Shown: piece after piece, positions 16,124 through 36,161 of the stretch | Numbering within the stretch: position 1 is the stretch's first letter | Layout of the letters: each line of letters starts with the position of its first letter | Source of the DNA: the human T2T-CHM13v2.0 reference genome, Homo sapiens | Strand: one strand, 5' to 3' | Assembly: GCF_009914755.1 (NCBI RefSeq) | Contig: NC_060931.1 | Length of the DNA stretch: 64,000 nt | Notes under the pieces: model-generated | Databases searched by the model: none | What the model was told of the DNA's origin: nothing | The model's input: the letters and a program-made list of their open reading frames with translations, nothing else | Position numbers and translations under genes: made by a program

Positions 16124-16235
16124 AAATTATAAAATCACAACAATAAAATTCAGACTGACCTAGACTAACAACACATCAAATCATAAAATTACAACTATAA
16201 AATTCAGACTGACCTAGATTAATAACACATCAAAT
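16124..16235 (+). repeat. Tandem duplication, 2 x 54 bp
   Basis: ataaaattcagactgacctaga(c/t)taa(c/t)aacacatcaaat occurs twice. Confidence 0.9.
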
Positions 16236-16914
16236 TGAGATCCTATGATTTATTGTGATCTGATAGCCTATAACTAATGGTCCTGCCATGTCACTTAATA
16301 GATGATTTCAGAGGTAGGTTTCCTAGCAACATTACAGCTGGTATTAAGTCTCTTAGAATGCCTGACCAGGAACCATAAATTAGTCCAGCTCTTTGAGTTG
16401 TTTCTGCTCTTAAACTAGCAGGGAGCATGATTGGAGTTCATGATAGTTCACTTTGGGAGCCCTCTGACAATTGAAAAACACGGCTTTTCACTCCTGTTGT
16501 TTCTTGTGTTGCTAGAATCTTGAGCAGAAAAGTCACTTCTTTAATCTCAAGGAATCAGAAAAACTATCTTTTTATATTGTTAATGATTAATTCTCCCTTG
16601 CATCTTCTATCTTATTTCTCTTAAGTTTACTTATAATGCATGCATTGGCTCTCTCTGGTCTGTTCTCTATGTCTTTTAAATCTATCCTTTTCCCCCAAAT
16701 TCTGCAAGAACAAGGCAGCCTTTAGATTAACTGGGTTGGTAGCTTCTATTGTTCAGCATATCTCTCTGGAAAATTTGAAAATTTGGAAATTTTTAAGCAA
16801 TTGTGTATATCATCTGAATGTAATCATGCCTGGTTTTGGGTTAGCGCCTGTAAATTTATGCAGTTTCCTTCAAAACCTGATGCTTTTTCTAACAATTTTG
16901 TTTCATGTGTTTTT

Positions 16915-17295
16915 TAGTTCAGATCCTCTGCTCAGCATACTCCAAGCTAGGAATAGATATGCAAAAGGATTTTTAGGGAAATGTCTGTGAAGACTAAAGA
17001 AGATGGAACCAGAGAAGGTGCAAAGTGCCTTATCAACCACAAGATCTGATACCTATTCAGGAGAGAGAAGGAAGGAGAAGCCAGTGGGAGAATCCCAGAC
17101 TATAGCAGAGGTCTAAGAAGGTTTTGGCGAGGCTGCTAGTGAGGCTGTTAGCCAAAGTCACCTATTAAGAGTCCCTTGTCTTGCACGAATGGGGCTGCAT
17201 TCGTGCATAGTCACTGACTGGAATAGCCTGTGGGCAGCAGCTGGGACCATCACACAACAGGAGATCTGAGTGGTACATTTTCATGGCCACCACAG
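16915..17295. mobile_element. Old ERVL LTR (LTR16/LTR33-like)
   Basis: ends gagatctgagtggtacattttcatggccaccaca. Confidence 0.55.
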
Positions 17296-17346
17296 GGTGT
17301 CACTTAATCTTAACCTGTATGTTTCCTTTGATCTAGTAGGTCCTAC

Positions 17347-18747
17347 CTTGCTGGAGGATTTCTCTTCGTTTGTTCAACCTTACCAAGTGAAGTGCCATGT
17401 CACTTTGTTCTGGTCTGGAAAATGAAGTGGCTTCACGCAGAGACTGTAGTGATTTCATTATTGTCAAACAGTTCAGGTTCAGACAAAGGAAGAAGGGAAA
17501 CTTTAGACAGACTCTGTTTGTAGACATTGTCTTTTTAGATAGCTTTGTCTATTGGGGGTAGGAAGAGAGCTAGATTAAGAGGTACAGCACAGTGAGATTT
17601 TGCTATACCGAAGAATTCATTTTTCAAACCAAAGTCAGCTAGGACAATGTTCCCTCTTTGACATGTCATGACTGCAGTAGGCATTCCAGTGTTTTACTAA
17701 GTATGCCCTCTGCTCCAGGAGTAAGCTAGGAGTAAATGCTACAGTTAGCTGCTTCCCATGCTGGTCTTGGTATACTTTTATTTCTCAGCAACCATGCAAT
17801 AAACTGCCTTCACCTTCAGCTCCTGCTCTCTGTGGCTGGGGGTGTTTGGGGAGTCCTACTCATTTCCTGTCCACACATGCTTCCCTTTGTGAAAGGTGGA
17901 TCCTGGGTTCTCCAATCCCTGTCACAAAACAATCTTTTTCCCACTGTGTCTTATATTATATTTGTGGTATTTTGATGCCATCATTCTCAGTTTCAAATTG
18001 ATGTAGATTTTCTTTTCCTTTAATGTAGCAAAAATCTGTATGGAGTGCAAATTGTTTGGATTTGACTATAGTCTGCTTTCTCGTATCCATTTGCACTGGT
18101 GATTGATTGGTTTGCACAGAAGGTCAAAGAGGAAAATGGTAAAAAATAGAACTTGGATTCTGTGCATACTTTGTGTCCTGGTGGATTTGTTGGGTCAGGG
18201 AAGATGTGGTGACAGAAGTCAGGTTGCAAGGAGCGATGGCTGCTTCTGAAAAAGAATTCACCCTGCCTGAGTGTAGGTGGCAAGTTGAACCAATCATAGG
18301 AACAGGATGTTGGAGGCATCTGGGAGCAGCAGGACAGGTACCATGTGGCCAATGGTCCTACATCTGTTGCAGCCCAGTCATTCCAGTAGGATATGTGCAA
18401 CTCAGGGGAGGAAGTCATAGGTGTGAGCTGGAAGCGTTCTCTCCGTAAACTTAACACTTCATGGTGGGCACCAAGCAACTAAAGCACAGCAAAAGGAAAA
18501 ACAGCATTCTTCTTGTTGAAAGAGAGAGTCTCAAGAGGTTGATGAGCCTCCGTGACTCCATAGAACTGATGTCAGCCATTCCACCATTGCCAAATCCCAA
18601 AAGTTACTGTCTACTCTCTGCTGAGAAGTTTTCCATACTTTTTTTTTCATATTCTATGTCCCCATCTTTCTTCTGAGCAGTCCATCTTTCTTAGGGAATC
18701 TGACTGACCAAGAAAAGTTCTCTGTGCTTTTACAGTTGACCCAGGTC
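17347..18747 (-). pseudogene. Large (~1.4 kb) decayed exon
   Basis: Acceptor ctctcctctcctccccag|G, donor AAG|gtagga; no repeat recognised; contains 152-aa and 64-aa open stretches. Confidence 0.45.
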
Positions 18748-20879
18748 CTGGGGAGGAGAGGAGAGACCCTGATGACAGGGCAGCAGATCTCTCAAAATGC
18801 AAAAGTATCCATGCAAATTGGGTGCAGTGGAAACCATCACTCACCCCTATTGCTATTTCTCTGCCCCACAGTGGGTGTTTCTCACTAGGCAGGGTGGGAA
18901 TCAGGGGAATCAATGAGAATCACAGTTGATTTCCTGGTGAGTTGCTATTGCCACAGTGAGACTGTTTTCTTTGAGAAACAATACAGACTAGTTTCATAGA
19001 AACAGCACATTTTCCTCCTACTAAAATGATTTCCCCCTACTCTGATGAGGAAAGTTTACCTCCTTCCTCAGGGCGCTTTGATAACACAGGCTCCCCACTT
19101 AACTGAGATGGGCCACTCATCCCAGCTCAAATAAGTTCCTCTGGAAGCAAACCTTTCACCTTTTGTGGGCACCACAAGTTCATCTCCCCACACGATGGGC
19201 TAAACCCATGGATGGGGAATGCTGTGAGTCCAGTCGAAGTTGACTTCAACACTTCTACTTCCCTTCCCATGCCCCTTTCTCCCTGGTCAAATCCTTTCTC
19301 CACGGGGCTCTACGCCACCCACCCTCCCCATAACATGTTCTTATGGTTCCTTTGATGAGAACAACAGCCAAATAAAATTTAGCATAAAATCAGTTCATTA
19401 GAACTTTTATATTCTTCAAAGAGAAGCACAAGAAGAGACGTTCCAAGGAGAGTTTCTAAATGGTAAAACAATTTCTGACACTGCTTCCCTTGGGAACCTT
19501 CTGGAGGCTCCTCTATACCGCTGCTTGGTTTCCTGCTCATCTGTCAATGTGGAAGGCCAGACCCCCTGAGAGGAAAGCAAAATCTCGGAGTCTTGCTCTT
19601 GTTAGCAGCTGTAAGGAAACTCCTGTTTCCTGTCTCCTATCTACACTGTTCTAAGGAACCTCAGATTCAACTTCAGCTAAACATAGGGAGTACCTAGTAT
19701 GTGCTGCATGCTTTCACCCATCTTTCCTCACAGAACCTTCCTAAGACATTTTTTAGGTTCTGGAGTGGTGGCTGAACATTTCAGAGGTTAGCTAACTTAG
19801 CCAAAGCCACACAGCTAGTGAGGACTTAAACCAAGAGCTCATTCTAAATCGACAGCTGAAGCAGCCTCCTCCACTTTCTCCATATCTTAGAATTATTGAA
19901 ATTTAAATGTATCCTTTAATGTTAATGAAGATCTTGCTAATAAACCAGCTAGGTTCTGAGCTATGCTTTCTATCAGTTTCTCAAATGAAAAGTTTCTTAA
20001 ATGTTCCCACTTCCAGCTGCTATGGAACCTCATGTCTAATCTTAACATTCCAAGGAAAAGCAGGACTGCAGGGAAGACCCTAAAATGTGCCTGCTGCCAT
20101 TCCTGTCTTCAGAAGGGGTCCCAGGGTTCCAATCTATTTACTTCTTCTGTTTCCAGATGACCCTTTGAGTAATAAGCGGCTCATGTCACACAGTCTAGTT
20201 GAGTGGTTCCCAAACGTGGTTCCATAGATCGATTGCTTAAGAATCACCTGCAGCATTGTTTTTAAAAATACAGATGACCAGGTCTCCCCCTGAAGATCCT
20301 GACTCAGTAGGTCTGGGGTGGGGCCCCCTCAGGTGTTTTGATGCACAATCACATCTGGGAGCTTCAGGGCTGGTTGAAAAGATGAGGCACAAAGTTGGAG
20401 ACCAGAGGTTGACCTTGGCATTACAACTGCTCTCTGCACTCAGTGCACTCACTTGTGAGCAGGGACTGAATCACACTTGTCTTTACGTACCCTCTGAGGC
20501 CACATATGAGAGCAGATTATGTCATGGGTATTAACATGCATGGAGAATATGCCACACAAATAAGAGCTTATTTCTATTCCTCTACATTATAGGCATTGCC
20601 AAGAAAGCATCTAAATTGTTTACCAATTCAAGATTTAATATCCATCATGTTTTTACTGATATGGGTGACTCCTTCCTCATAATGAGCAGAGAACAATCTC
20701 ATTCCTGACATCTCTTAGGTGACTTCTCCTGTCAGTACCTAATCTGTTGGATCCCTTCTGATGCTAAAACTTTATAACTAGCCCTTTCAGCCTTAATTCC
20801 AATTTTTGCTCATGACCAAGTCTTCTAAATTATGTTTGACAGTTGATGCAAAAATTATAACACTGTCTGATATGGTTCT

Positions 20880-21408
20880 AAATATATGTGAAGGGACTAT
20901 TTGAAATAATTATAAACAGAAGAGGGTAAAGGGAAGTAAAAGGAGATAAGGTTTCTATATTTTGTTTGAACAGGTAAAAGGTTAACACCAGCAGACTGTG
21001 ATAAATTTCGTATATATAATGTAATACTTAAAGCAATCATGAAAATGGTATACAAAGAGATATACTAAAAATTATTACAGATGAACCAAAATGCAATTCT
21101 AAAAAATTTTCAAGTAACTCGCTGAAAGCCAGAAAAAGGAAACAGAGAAACAAAAAGCAGAACAAGCAAAACAAAAAATAAAATGCCAGACTCATGCCTT
21201 AACATATTAATAATTATAGTAAATATAAATGTTCTAAGAACACCAATTAAAAGACAAAGGTTGTCAGAGTGAATTAAAACCATGACCCAACTATTTACAA
21301 CCTACAAGAAACTCACTTAAAATGCATTGATACAGGCAGAATTAAAAAAAAAAAAAAGAAAGGAAATATATATATTGTGCTAACATTAATCCAAGGAAAG
21401 CAGGAGTA
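20880..21408 (+). mobile_element. Old L1M fragment (inter-ORF region and start of ORF2 endonuclease)
   Basis: aatataaatgttcta..ccaattaaaagacaaagg..ctacaagaaactcactt. Confidence 0.75.
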
Positions 21409-21409
21409 T

Positions 21410-27742
<6,333 letters not shown>

Positions 27743-28073
27743 TTTAATCCCACTTTTTACACCACAGATGAAAAAGCTTTCTTTTGCCTTCAGGGAGATG
27801 TCATTCTGGGTCCTCTGTCTGCAGGTCTTTCCCAAGGAGCTTCCATGATCATCATTATCCACCTGGTGCTAAGGTTACTTCAGTTCTTTTCAAACTTGAA
27901 TGTGCATTAGAAGGGCCTGGGAAGCTTATCCTTCATCAGCTTCTCAAGTCCTGTCTCCCAGTAGTCTGGTCCAGTGGGGCTGGGCTGATGGTTGCACTTA
28001 GCAGCGGCTCCAGGGAATGCTGTGCAAATGATCCAAGGAGCAAACTTTGGGAAACACCATGCTGCACCTTCTT

Positions 28074-28174
28074 TCCTGATCAAGCTGATATGCATTCATA
28101 TTTACTGTCCTGATCAAGCTGATATGCATTCATATTTACTGTCCTGATCAAGCTGATATGTGTTCATATTTACT
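28074..28174 (+). repeat. Minisatellite, 3 x 34 bp
   Basis: tcctgatcaagctgatatgcattcatatttactg units at 28074, 28108, 28142. Confidence 0.95.
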
Positions 28175-29719
28175 CACTGACATGGAATTCACAGCATCTA
28201 GAAGGGATTAGCCTGAGGATGACCTTTTCACTATCGGTGAAGAAATACTTAGCTGAGTGCTACAGAGCCTTTCTACTCAAGGTGGGACCTATAGACCAAC
28301 AGCCTTTTCTCATCTGGAAGTTCATCATGGATGCTGAATCTCAGGTCCTACCCCAGACCTTCTGAATCAGGATCTGCATCTTAACAAGACCCTCAGGTGG
28401 CACATGTGCTGATTAAGGTGTAAGAAGCACAACTGTAATGGCTGCAACATGGGTTTGGTGTAAGGCTGGTTTGAGTTTTTTTTTTGTGTCATAATTTATT
28501 AGTTGTACAAGCTGGGTTCAGTGGTGTCACCTTTCTGAGTATCTCTTTTCTCATCAGTGAAATGGAAATAATAGAAACTGCAAGCACTGATTTACTCTTT
28601 ACCACCTTCATGGATATATTGTCTAGGAGAATTCCTGACACAAAATAGTGTTCAATAAATGTCAGCTTCTTAGTACTCTTTCTACTTAATTAAGTAACAG
28701 TGTCCAAAATTTACATGGGGAATATGGATATTGCTTAGGAAACCAGATTATTATTTAAACACTGCAGGCAGACAACTTAGGTATAAAGAATTATGCAAGA
28801 AAGTACTTGAGGGAACTGAAGGACTGTCTGCGAAAAGCATGCCAAGGACACTTCTTGTGTGACTAGAAGTAAATAAAGAGAGATATGCAAGGAAAGCCTT
28901 GGGAGGATGGATTACAAAAGGGTGGAGTGCATCTTTCCAGTGGATTCCACAAAAATTCAATGGTGTGAAACTGGAGGCTGAGAGAGGAGGTCAGTTAGGC
29001 AACAGCGATAGTTTGCCCATGACTCTCTGGAAGGTGACTGAGAGATGGCAGTTACACTAAGAATGAATCAGAAAGAATCTTCTGTCTTTCACCAAGTCTC
29101 AGCACTGGCAGAATCAGGGCAAAATCTGTGGGAGTGGTGAGCTTTGGAGAGAGTCTGCCAACATGTTCAGAGCCATTTCAGGAGAGCAGGGAAATGGGAG
29201 GTTGCCACTATGGTTCAGCACACACTGACAGTGTCTCTTTTGTGCCCAGAGAGGCACTAATCCTAAAATCAAGCCACTGAATTGGAATCCCCACCATGCC
29301 ACTCACCATCTATGTACTTTGGGCAGGTTACCTAACCTCTCTGTGCCTCTTTTTATTTTCAATATGTAGCTAATATAGAATATTTACCAAAGAATCAGTA
29401 TAAAGTTTAAATCAGATAATGCATATAAAAAGTCTGGCACTGAATAGTTTAGCAGAATTTTTATTGAGTTATGATTGTAATGACTCTATAACACCCACAG
29501 TTATAGGCAGTGAATGAGGACTCAGACGTGGAGGTCAGGTAGGAAGTCCATGTCTCCAAATAACCTTGAGGCACTCAATGTTTCACATGTGTCAAAGTGA
29601 TTTCTGTTCAAACTTAATACAACTCTAGAATAATGGCACTTGCCCTATCATTTAGACATCCCCAAAGAGTGCTCAGAAAGGGGACTGTATACCCAGTGAT
29701 TGCCAAGAAAGCTAATTAC

Positions 29720-29989
29720 CCGATTCCTGAAAAAGTGCACTGGTAAAGCTGCTCCAGGTCTGTTATCTTCGTGACTTATTAGCAGGGCATCATGGAGAGA
29801 GAGCTTCCATCTCTGTAACTCATGCTTCCTGCTGGCTATTCTCATGGTGCCACTCCACTCTCAGAGGAGGGGACCTTCCTTGAGGTTCCAGGCCCTCCTC
29901 CTCCAACGCCCCACCATGTGGCTTCGCCTGCCTGCAGCTTCTTCCCCCGACTCCTGTTCAGATCTAGGCCTGGTAGTCTGCATTCTCTG
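29720..29989 (-). pseudogene. Candidate fossil exon
   Basis: Acceptor tttttttag|cag (NAGNAG), donor CGG|gtaatt; GC- and purine-rich 270 nt. Confidence 0.45.
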
Positions 29990-30835
29990 CTAAAAAAAAG
30001 CCACCTTATTCTTTTAATTAGATCCCTCTAGAAAACATCTAAGGAGCCACATACTCAGCTGCTGTCAAACACTGAATCTGAGTCTGTCTGATAGTGAAGA
30101 ATAATTTGATAAGCCACCCAAAAATAGATCCAACCAAACACTATAGCCATTTCTGTTAGGTGGCTTTGGAACTTAAGCTAATGCTGTATCATGCAAAAGA
30201 CACACATTCAGCTTTTTCAGATAGAGTTAATTTGCTGCTTCATATATGCCTTTTAATTTTTCACTCTTTGGAGGGCAACACATGATGTATCCAAAGGGCA
30301 ATGACATCTCTGTCTCTGGCATCATTGCGAGCATCATCCTCATCCTTCTGATGGTGACCATTTATTGAGTATCAGACACTCTGCCAGGAATTTTTGCATA
30401 TAAAATAGAAACTTCAATGTAAAGCAATCTACTTCTTAATAAATCTTTCAGGGCAAATATTTGCAAAAAATGGTTGTAACTGTGTAACTTCTTGTTAGAA
30501 AAATAAACATACTAAGCCTTGGAGGACATCTGCCAAACCTAATGATTTTGGCTTCAGCTTGTTATCATAGACATTCTTTTTGACAATAGTGAGATAATAA
30601 TGGAAATTATGTATTAGGGTCACTGGTATTTCACCATGATAAATAAACAAACAAACAGAAAATTATGTACATACACCTATTCTCAGTCACAACTGGAAAG
30701 TAGGATCCAGTCACTACGATATAAGTTAGAAACAATCACGTTCAGAAGACAGCTCCATTTCTCACTTCATGTTTATGAGTCACATAACTGTCTGCACCAA
30801 ACTGACCATCATATTGTTGTTAAAGAACAAATTCA

Positions 30836-30980
30836 AGTTGGGCATGGTGGCTCATGCCTGTAATGTCAACACTTTGGGAGGCTGAGGTGAGAGGATCAAT
30901 TGAGGCCATGAGTTTGAGACCAGTCTGGGCAACATAGCAAATCCTGTCTCTACAAAAAATTTAAAAAATAAAAATAAATA
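30836..30980 (+). mobile_element. FLAM-C/Alu left monomer
   Basis: Single monomer plus A tail; TSD aagaacaaatt. Confidence 0.85.
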
Positions 30981-31092
30981 AGAACAAATTGAGTAAAGAC
31001 ATTGGTAACTCAGGTCAATGCATCTTCACTCATGTTATACCAAATCAGAGGCTAAGGAAGAATCAGTACAGATGACAGTAGTGGGAACCTAC

Positions 31093-31314
31093 ATCATTTT
31101 CTGGACAGATTTATTCTCAAGGTGATAAGAAAACTTAACAGTGGTCAAGGATATCAGAGTCATGGTTAAAGGCTTCCTGCTCCTTCATCATGTGTTAGCT
31201 TGAGAACCTCCAGCCTACCCTTTGCTAATGAAACAAGTGGTGTAAGTGGCCAGGGTAAGGGGACATTCAATAAACTGCCTGGTTTGTGGTTTTGAAGACA
31301 TAGAGGTATGTTGT
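31093..31314 (-). pseudogene. Candidate fossil exon
   Basis: Acceptor ttcttcctcttttag|AC, donor GAT|gtaggt; 222 nt. Confidence 0.4.
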
Positions 31315-31479
31315 CTAAAAGAGGAAGAATTACTCTAGGCTTACTGAGTTAGGTCTAACAAGTTAGTGAAGAGAAGGGCTCAACAGAGCATCAACATTTT
31401 GATGTCAGAAAATCTTTACTAGATGTGTTAAAATTTGAACTTCTTAATCACAAGTGTTATCTACAAAAAAACAAGATAA

Positions 31480-31874
<395 letters not shown>

Positions 31875-32259
31875 TCCATGATCTTATTTACCAGATTTAT
31901 AGCTAGTTCCCCTAATCTGCCTTTATGCTCAGTGACCAGTAAATGCAGGTCCCCCCGTAAGTATTTATTGTAAGTGAGTGTTTAGAGAGGATAATAGTTT
32001 TACAGTAAAATTTAAATTTAATATAATTCTAGGTGCACCTTGCTGATTTCTAAATTGTTTCATATATCACATCCTCAAGCTGGCCTGGGATTAGTTGATT
32101 TACTGATGACACTTTTCAAACCAATAAATGGAGTGATAATAAAACACCACCAGTAAAATTGGAACATTTCTCATTCTGTTCCAATCTTTAGTCCCCAAAA
32201 CAAACCCTGGTCCAATTATGAGTATAGATAAACTCCAGGACAGATATAGCTAAGATTAC

Positions 32260-32458
32260 ATTGAGGGGAAGATCCCCGCCTTCCACCAGTCCAGGATATC
32301 AATCCTCAGAAGGACTACTGCTGATACGTATCCACATTTCCCACATGGGCCAGAAGTGTTACCATTCAGCAGAGCCAATTTATGCATGGCAGTCATTCCA
32401 TCCCTCAGGGACTCCACACAGAGGCCTGGGGAGCTGCTCACCAAGGACATTTTCAGCA
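32260..32458 (-). pseudogene. Fossil exon
   Basis: Acceptor ccacatatctcatag|, donor AAT|gtaatc; phase-2 frame AENVLGEQLPRPLCGVPEGWNDCHA*. Confidence 0.45.
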
Positions 32459-33368
32459 CTATGAGATATGTGGAATACTGAGCTGACATCAAAGATTGCT
32501 TTTACTGATGACAAGGTTACATCACAATATTGAAACAAAGCACGTTTAACTTCTCAAGGAACTGAAACAGCACCGGAAGGAAAATGCTCCTGTGGCATGA
32601 GCTGAGGGACTTGGCTTATATTTCCTTAATGCTTACATTCCTTTAAACTTACATTGTCTTTAAGCTTTAATATGAGGGTTGGCCAGCCTAGCCTAACTCC
32701 AAAAATATTTCCCATTATAGCCCAGGATAAAAAAGGTGTCTATGCCACAATATTTAAAAGAACAAGGAGGTTAGGTATCACAATAACGCAATGTTAAAAC
32801 CCATTTTGAAAGAGTTAGCACATTATGACCTTTCTTTGGGATTCCAACTAGACAAATTTCAAAAAAGGCATTGTAATCACTGGGAAATCCGTGCACTAGG
32901 GACTGAACTAAACATAGAAGATTATCACTGTGTGTGTTGAGTCACTGAGGTTGAACTAAAATTATAGCAGTTTAATGAGTATTCTGACTTGCATCTCTTA
33001 AATCCAAGCTATTTGAAGGCAGATATTTTCTATTTCCTGAAGCCCTTAGGTTTCACCTATGCTCATAGTTGCAGGGTTTTTCTCGAGGTGTTCCTTCTGA
33101 CTGTGCTTTTAACCTCAGGGATCATTTTGTTTCTCTGACTTCCATCTTATTGGATTAAACCTGGATCCTTTCCCTTCCTGTGCTTTAAGCTTGCTACACC
33201 ATGTTGATGGTGTGTGCCTGACCACTTCATTTTGCTTCAACCTGAGATGCAGCCGGTCTCAGTTCTGTACACTACAGGTGCATGTAAACTCCCCAAAAAT
33301 ACTACAGCCCAGCCAAGATCCAGTGTCCCCAAACTGGAGATCCAATAATTGACCAGGAATAGCATCAC

Positions 33369-33518
33369 TTGTAAGCCTCATTGTATGTGCAATATTGGGA
33401 TTGGTGCAGCAGCGGAGATAGTTTCACTTGGCTAAAATGTGCAAAGGGAACCTTGACAAGATCTATTGGAAGAAACCTGCTAGATGTAGGAGGATGGAGC
33501 TTCACACTGGAACCCTGA
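33369..33518 (-). pseudogene. Fossil exon, 150 nt, phase 2 to 2, open
   Basis: Acceptor ttctctctccatcctacag|, donor AA|gtgatg; QGSSVKLHPPTSSRFLPIDLVKVPFAHFSQVKLSPLLHQSQYCTYNEAY. Confidence 0.6.
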
Positions 33519-33933
33519 CTGTAGGATGGAGAGAGAACTGCATCTGAGAATACATCCACATGGGAAATGGTATTGCCTGATCAGGGAATTACAAACACAT
33601 TCACAGTTGGTGTGGAGGGTTTATATGAAGGGGCTAGGGAGGAACAAAAGAAGATAAGACTAGAAAAATAGTAGCAGATGGTGAGTGAGCTAAGCTGTTT
33701 GGTGGGGTTTTGACTTGATTTTGCACTTCAGAAAATACAATGTATGAGGGCAACAGGCTTGGAATCAAATATATTTCCTGGTAAAATTTGTGTAGTGTAT
33801 GATGAATCTTCCAGAGATTTTAGGGATAGATATGACTTTACAGGAATATAAATGTCACAGATTCAAAGCAGCTACAAATATAGTACTCTCCACTCCATCT
33901 CTCATCAACAACGGCAAAAATGTCCACATTTAC

Positions 33934-34119
33934 TTTTCACGATATGACTGCTCCACAAATAACCATGGTAATTCCACCGGTACCTGTTGCGATGGTCGCA
34001 CTGGACTCTCTTGGGAACAGTTGGCATCTTTTGCCCACTGGATTCCTTTTTCTATCCCTGCTCTCCTTTTTATGTTGCTTTCACTGCAAGTTCTCTGAAC
34101 AATATTTTGAAGCTGTGAC
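33934..34119 (-). pseudogene. Fossil exon, 186 nt, phase 2 to 2, open
   Basis: Acceptor cctatctaaaag|G, donor AA|gtaaat; SQLQNIVQRTCSESNIKRRAGIEKGIQWAKDANCSQESPVRPSQQVPVELPWLFVEQSYRE; several CpGs retained. Confidence 0.6.
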
Positions 34120-35352
34120 CTTTTAGATAGGATAAGCATTTAAAAGTTTTGCCTTGATTTAAATTCTGAGCATGAGCCAGCTCTTTTTACCTAGACATAC
34201 TGTGGGGTATGAAAAATTGCTAGAACAATTTAGCTATCTCCAGTTGGTGTCAAATGACAATAAGTGAATTATACTTTTTGTGTCTCGGTGTTTTTCCATC
34301 TTTTACAATTCATACTATGTCAGAAAAAAAAAATCAGAATTTGCCCCTGCTGTATTTTGATGCACTTCCTGAAAGATTATCAGCCAAATAAGTCATACTC
34401 TCAGGGAGGTGATATGGTCCAACTTATTCTCATAACTTACAGTTTGGATTTATTCTCCCTTTGCTCTCTTCCAAGTTATTATTTTACTGGCAGTAAAAAA
34501 AATGGATCCATCTAGCTATCAGATAATATTTTGGAACCAGCATAATTTTCACTCTCATAAAGGGCAGCTTGAAGTGATCAGCAGGATTATCAAAGTAGCA
34601 GTGTTTTGTCTTTTTATAAATGACTGGAAATGACTGAAAGTACGGACCAAGGGATTTTGGGGCTCAAGTAGGGCAATGAATTATGATTTAATCTTTATTT
34701 TGAAACTGATTATCTTAAACTAATTTCCACTTCATATCAAGGATTTCAGGGAAAATAGGATATGTTTTACATAAGATTAGGCAACTGGCTTCAGTCAAAT
34801 AATCCTGTATAAAGCTGGTTACATTTCTCGAAACACATGTTCCTTGTTACTGAAAGGAAACATTTGCCTTTAGTAGAGTCCCTGATTGTTGTTAATCTTA
34901 TTACTATTATTGTCGTCAAGACTATGGAGTGTGTGTAAATATGTATGTGTGAGTGCATGTGTGTACCTAAGCTGAGTGTACTCCACAAAACTTTGGCATG
35001 AAATAAAGGTGAAGATGGCCTTCCTATGAGTTTATTCATAAAGTCCATGAGTCTTTAGGCAGAGAAAATGACTGCATACATCCAAGCTGACAGTAGGTCT
35101 TGCACATGAGAATTGTGACAAGAGACATATCCTTAACCTTGCATGTAGTATGCCCTTGCTAAGCAGTGAAATTGCCGTGCATTTGGAGAAAACCTGGTGC
35201 TAGAGCTCTGTGCAAGGATGTAGTAGGAAAGGAAAGATTCTGGGTATGGCATGGAATGATACCACACTTATTGTTGTTGTACTCAATGAGATTTTGTCTC
35301 AGGTTCCTAGTAAGAATCTCAGAAGGTGACTCAAATAAAGGATTAGACACAC

Positions 35353-35448
35353 AATACTATAGAGATGAGCTAAGGTAGCATGGCCTGCACTTGGACGTCT
35401 ATGATGAATTGCAACACTGCAACCTGGCAGGGTCTTCTTTTGTCTCAG
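35353..35448 (-). pseudogene. Fossil exon, 96 nt, phase 2 to 2
   Basis: Acceptor ctttctgccatttctgtccacactgctctag|, donor TT|gtgtgt; *DKRRPCQVAVLQFIIDVQVQAMLP*LISIV. Confidence 0.4.
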
Positions 35449-36072
35449 CTAGAGCAGTGTGGACAGAAATGGCAGAAAGGACTATGAGAAGTTGGAACTG
35501 ACACAAGCGAGGCTTCAGACAGAGCAAGTGTTTCCCACAAAGTCAGCACTCATTGCCTGGAGCAATGGCAGAGCTGGGTGATCCAAATGGTTGGCAGGCA
35601 AGGAATACCACAGACCAGGAAAGAATTGGAATGGCACCAGTACAGAAACCATCACAGGCACGTGCTTTGGGTTTGAAGAGACAACATTACAATGAAGGAG
35701 ATGGTACAAGGCAGTGGCATAGAGATATCCCTTCTCTGCTAGAAAAGAACCTCCATGGCAGCCATGCAGAAAGGGCAGGTCACCTTAAAAGTCTGCCTGT
35801 AGGTGGAAGAGTGGGTGGGTGCAGGCAGTGGGGGAATGGATTGGAGTGTGAAACTCCAGGAATTCTGAAGGTGAGACTATTGTTGGTAACTTATGCGCTC
35901 TCCATCACACCTACTTAGGTCTCAGATATGTAAGAATTGGGGAGCATGGATTACCTTATTAGAATTCATACCAGAAAGCCATAGAGTGAACAGAGTGAAT
36001 GCTCTCCTTCCCCAGTTTCAGTCCCCAACACTTGGTCTCCCCTTGGATGTGTACAGGAGATGAACCTCTTAC

Positions 36073-36161
36073 TCTCCTCTAAGGTCCAGTTCTCGGCTCA
36101 AACTGAGACCCTCTGTTTATGGGCAACTCATAAAGCAACTCCTGGTCTGATTTTGAACAAC
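36073..36161 (-). pseudogene. Fossil exon, 89 nt, phase 0 to 2
   Basis: Acceptor ttcttaagtcttcgcag|G, donor AGA|gtaaga; VVQNQTRSCFMSCP*TEGLSLSRELDLRG. Confidence 0.55.

Noticed and set aside
28074-28174. 34-bp repeats as a CRISPR-like array
   Set aside because: Head-to-tail with no spacers, in eukaryotic DNA with no cas genes.
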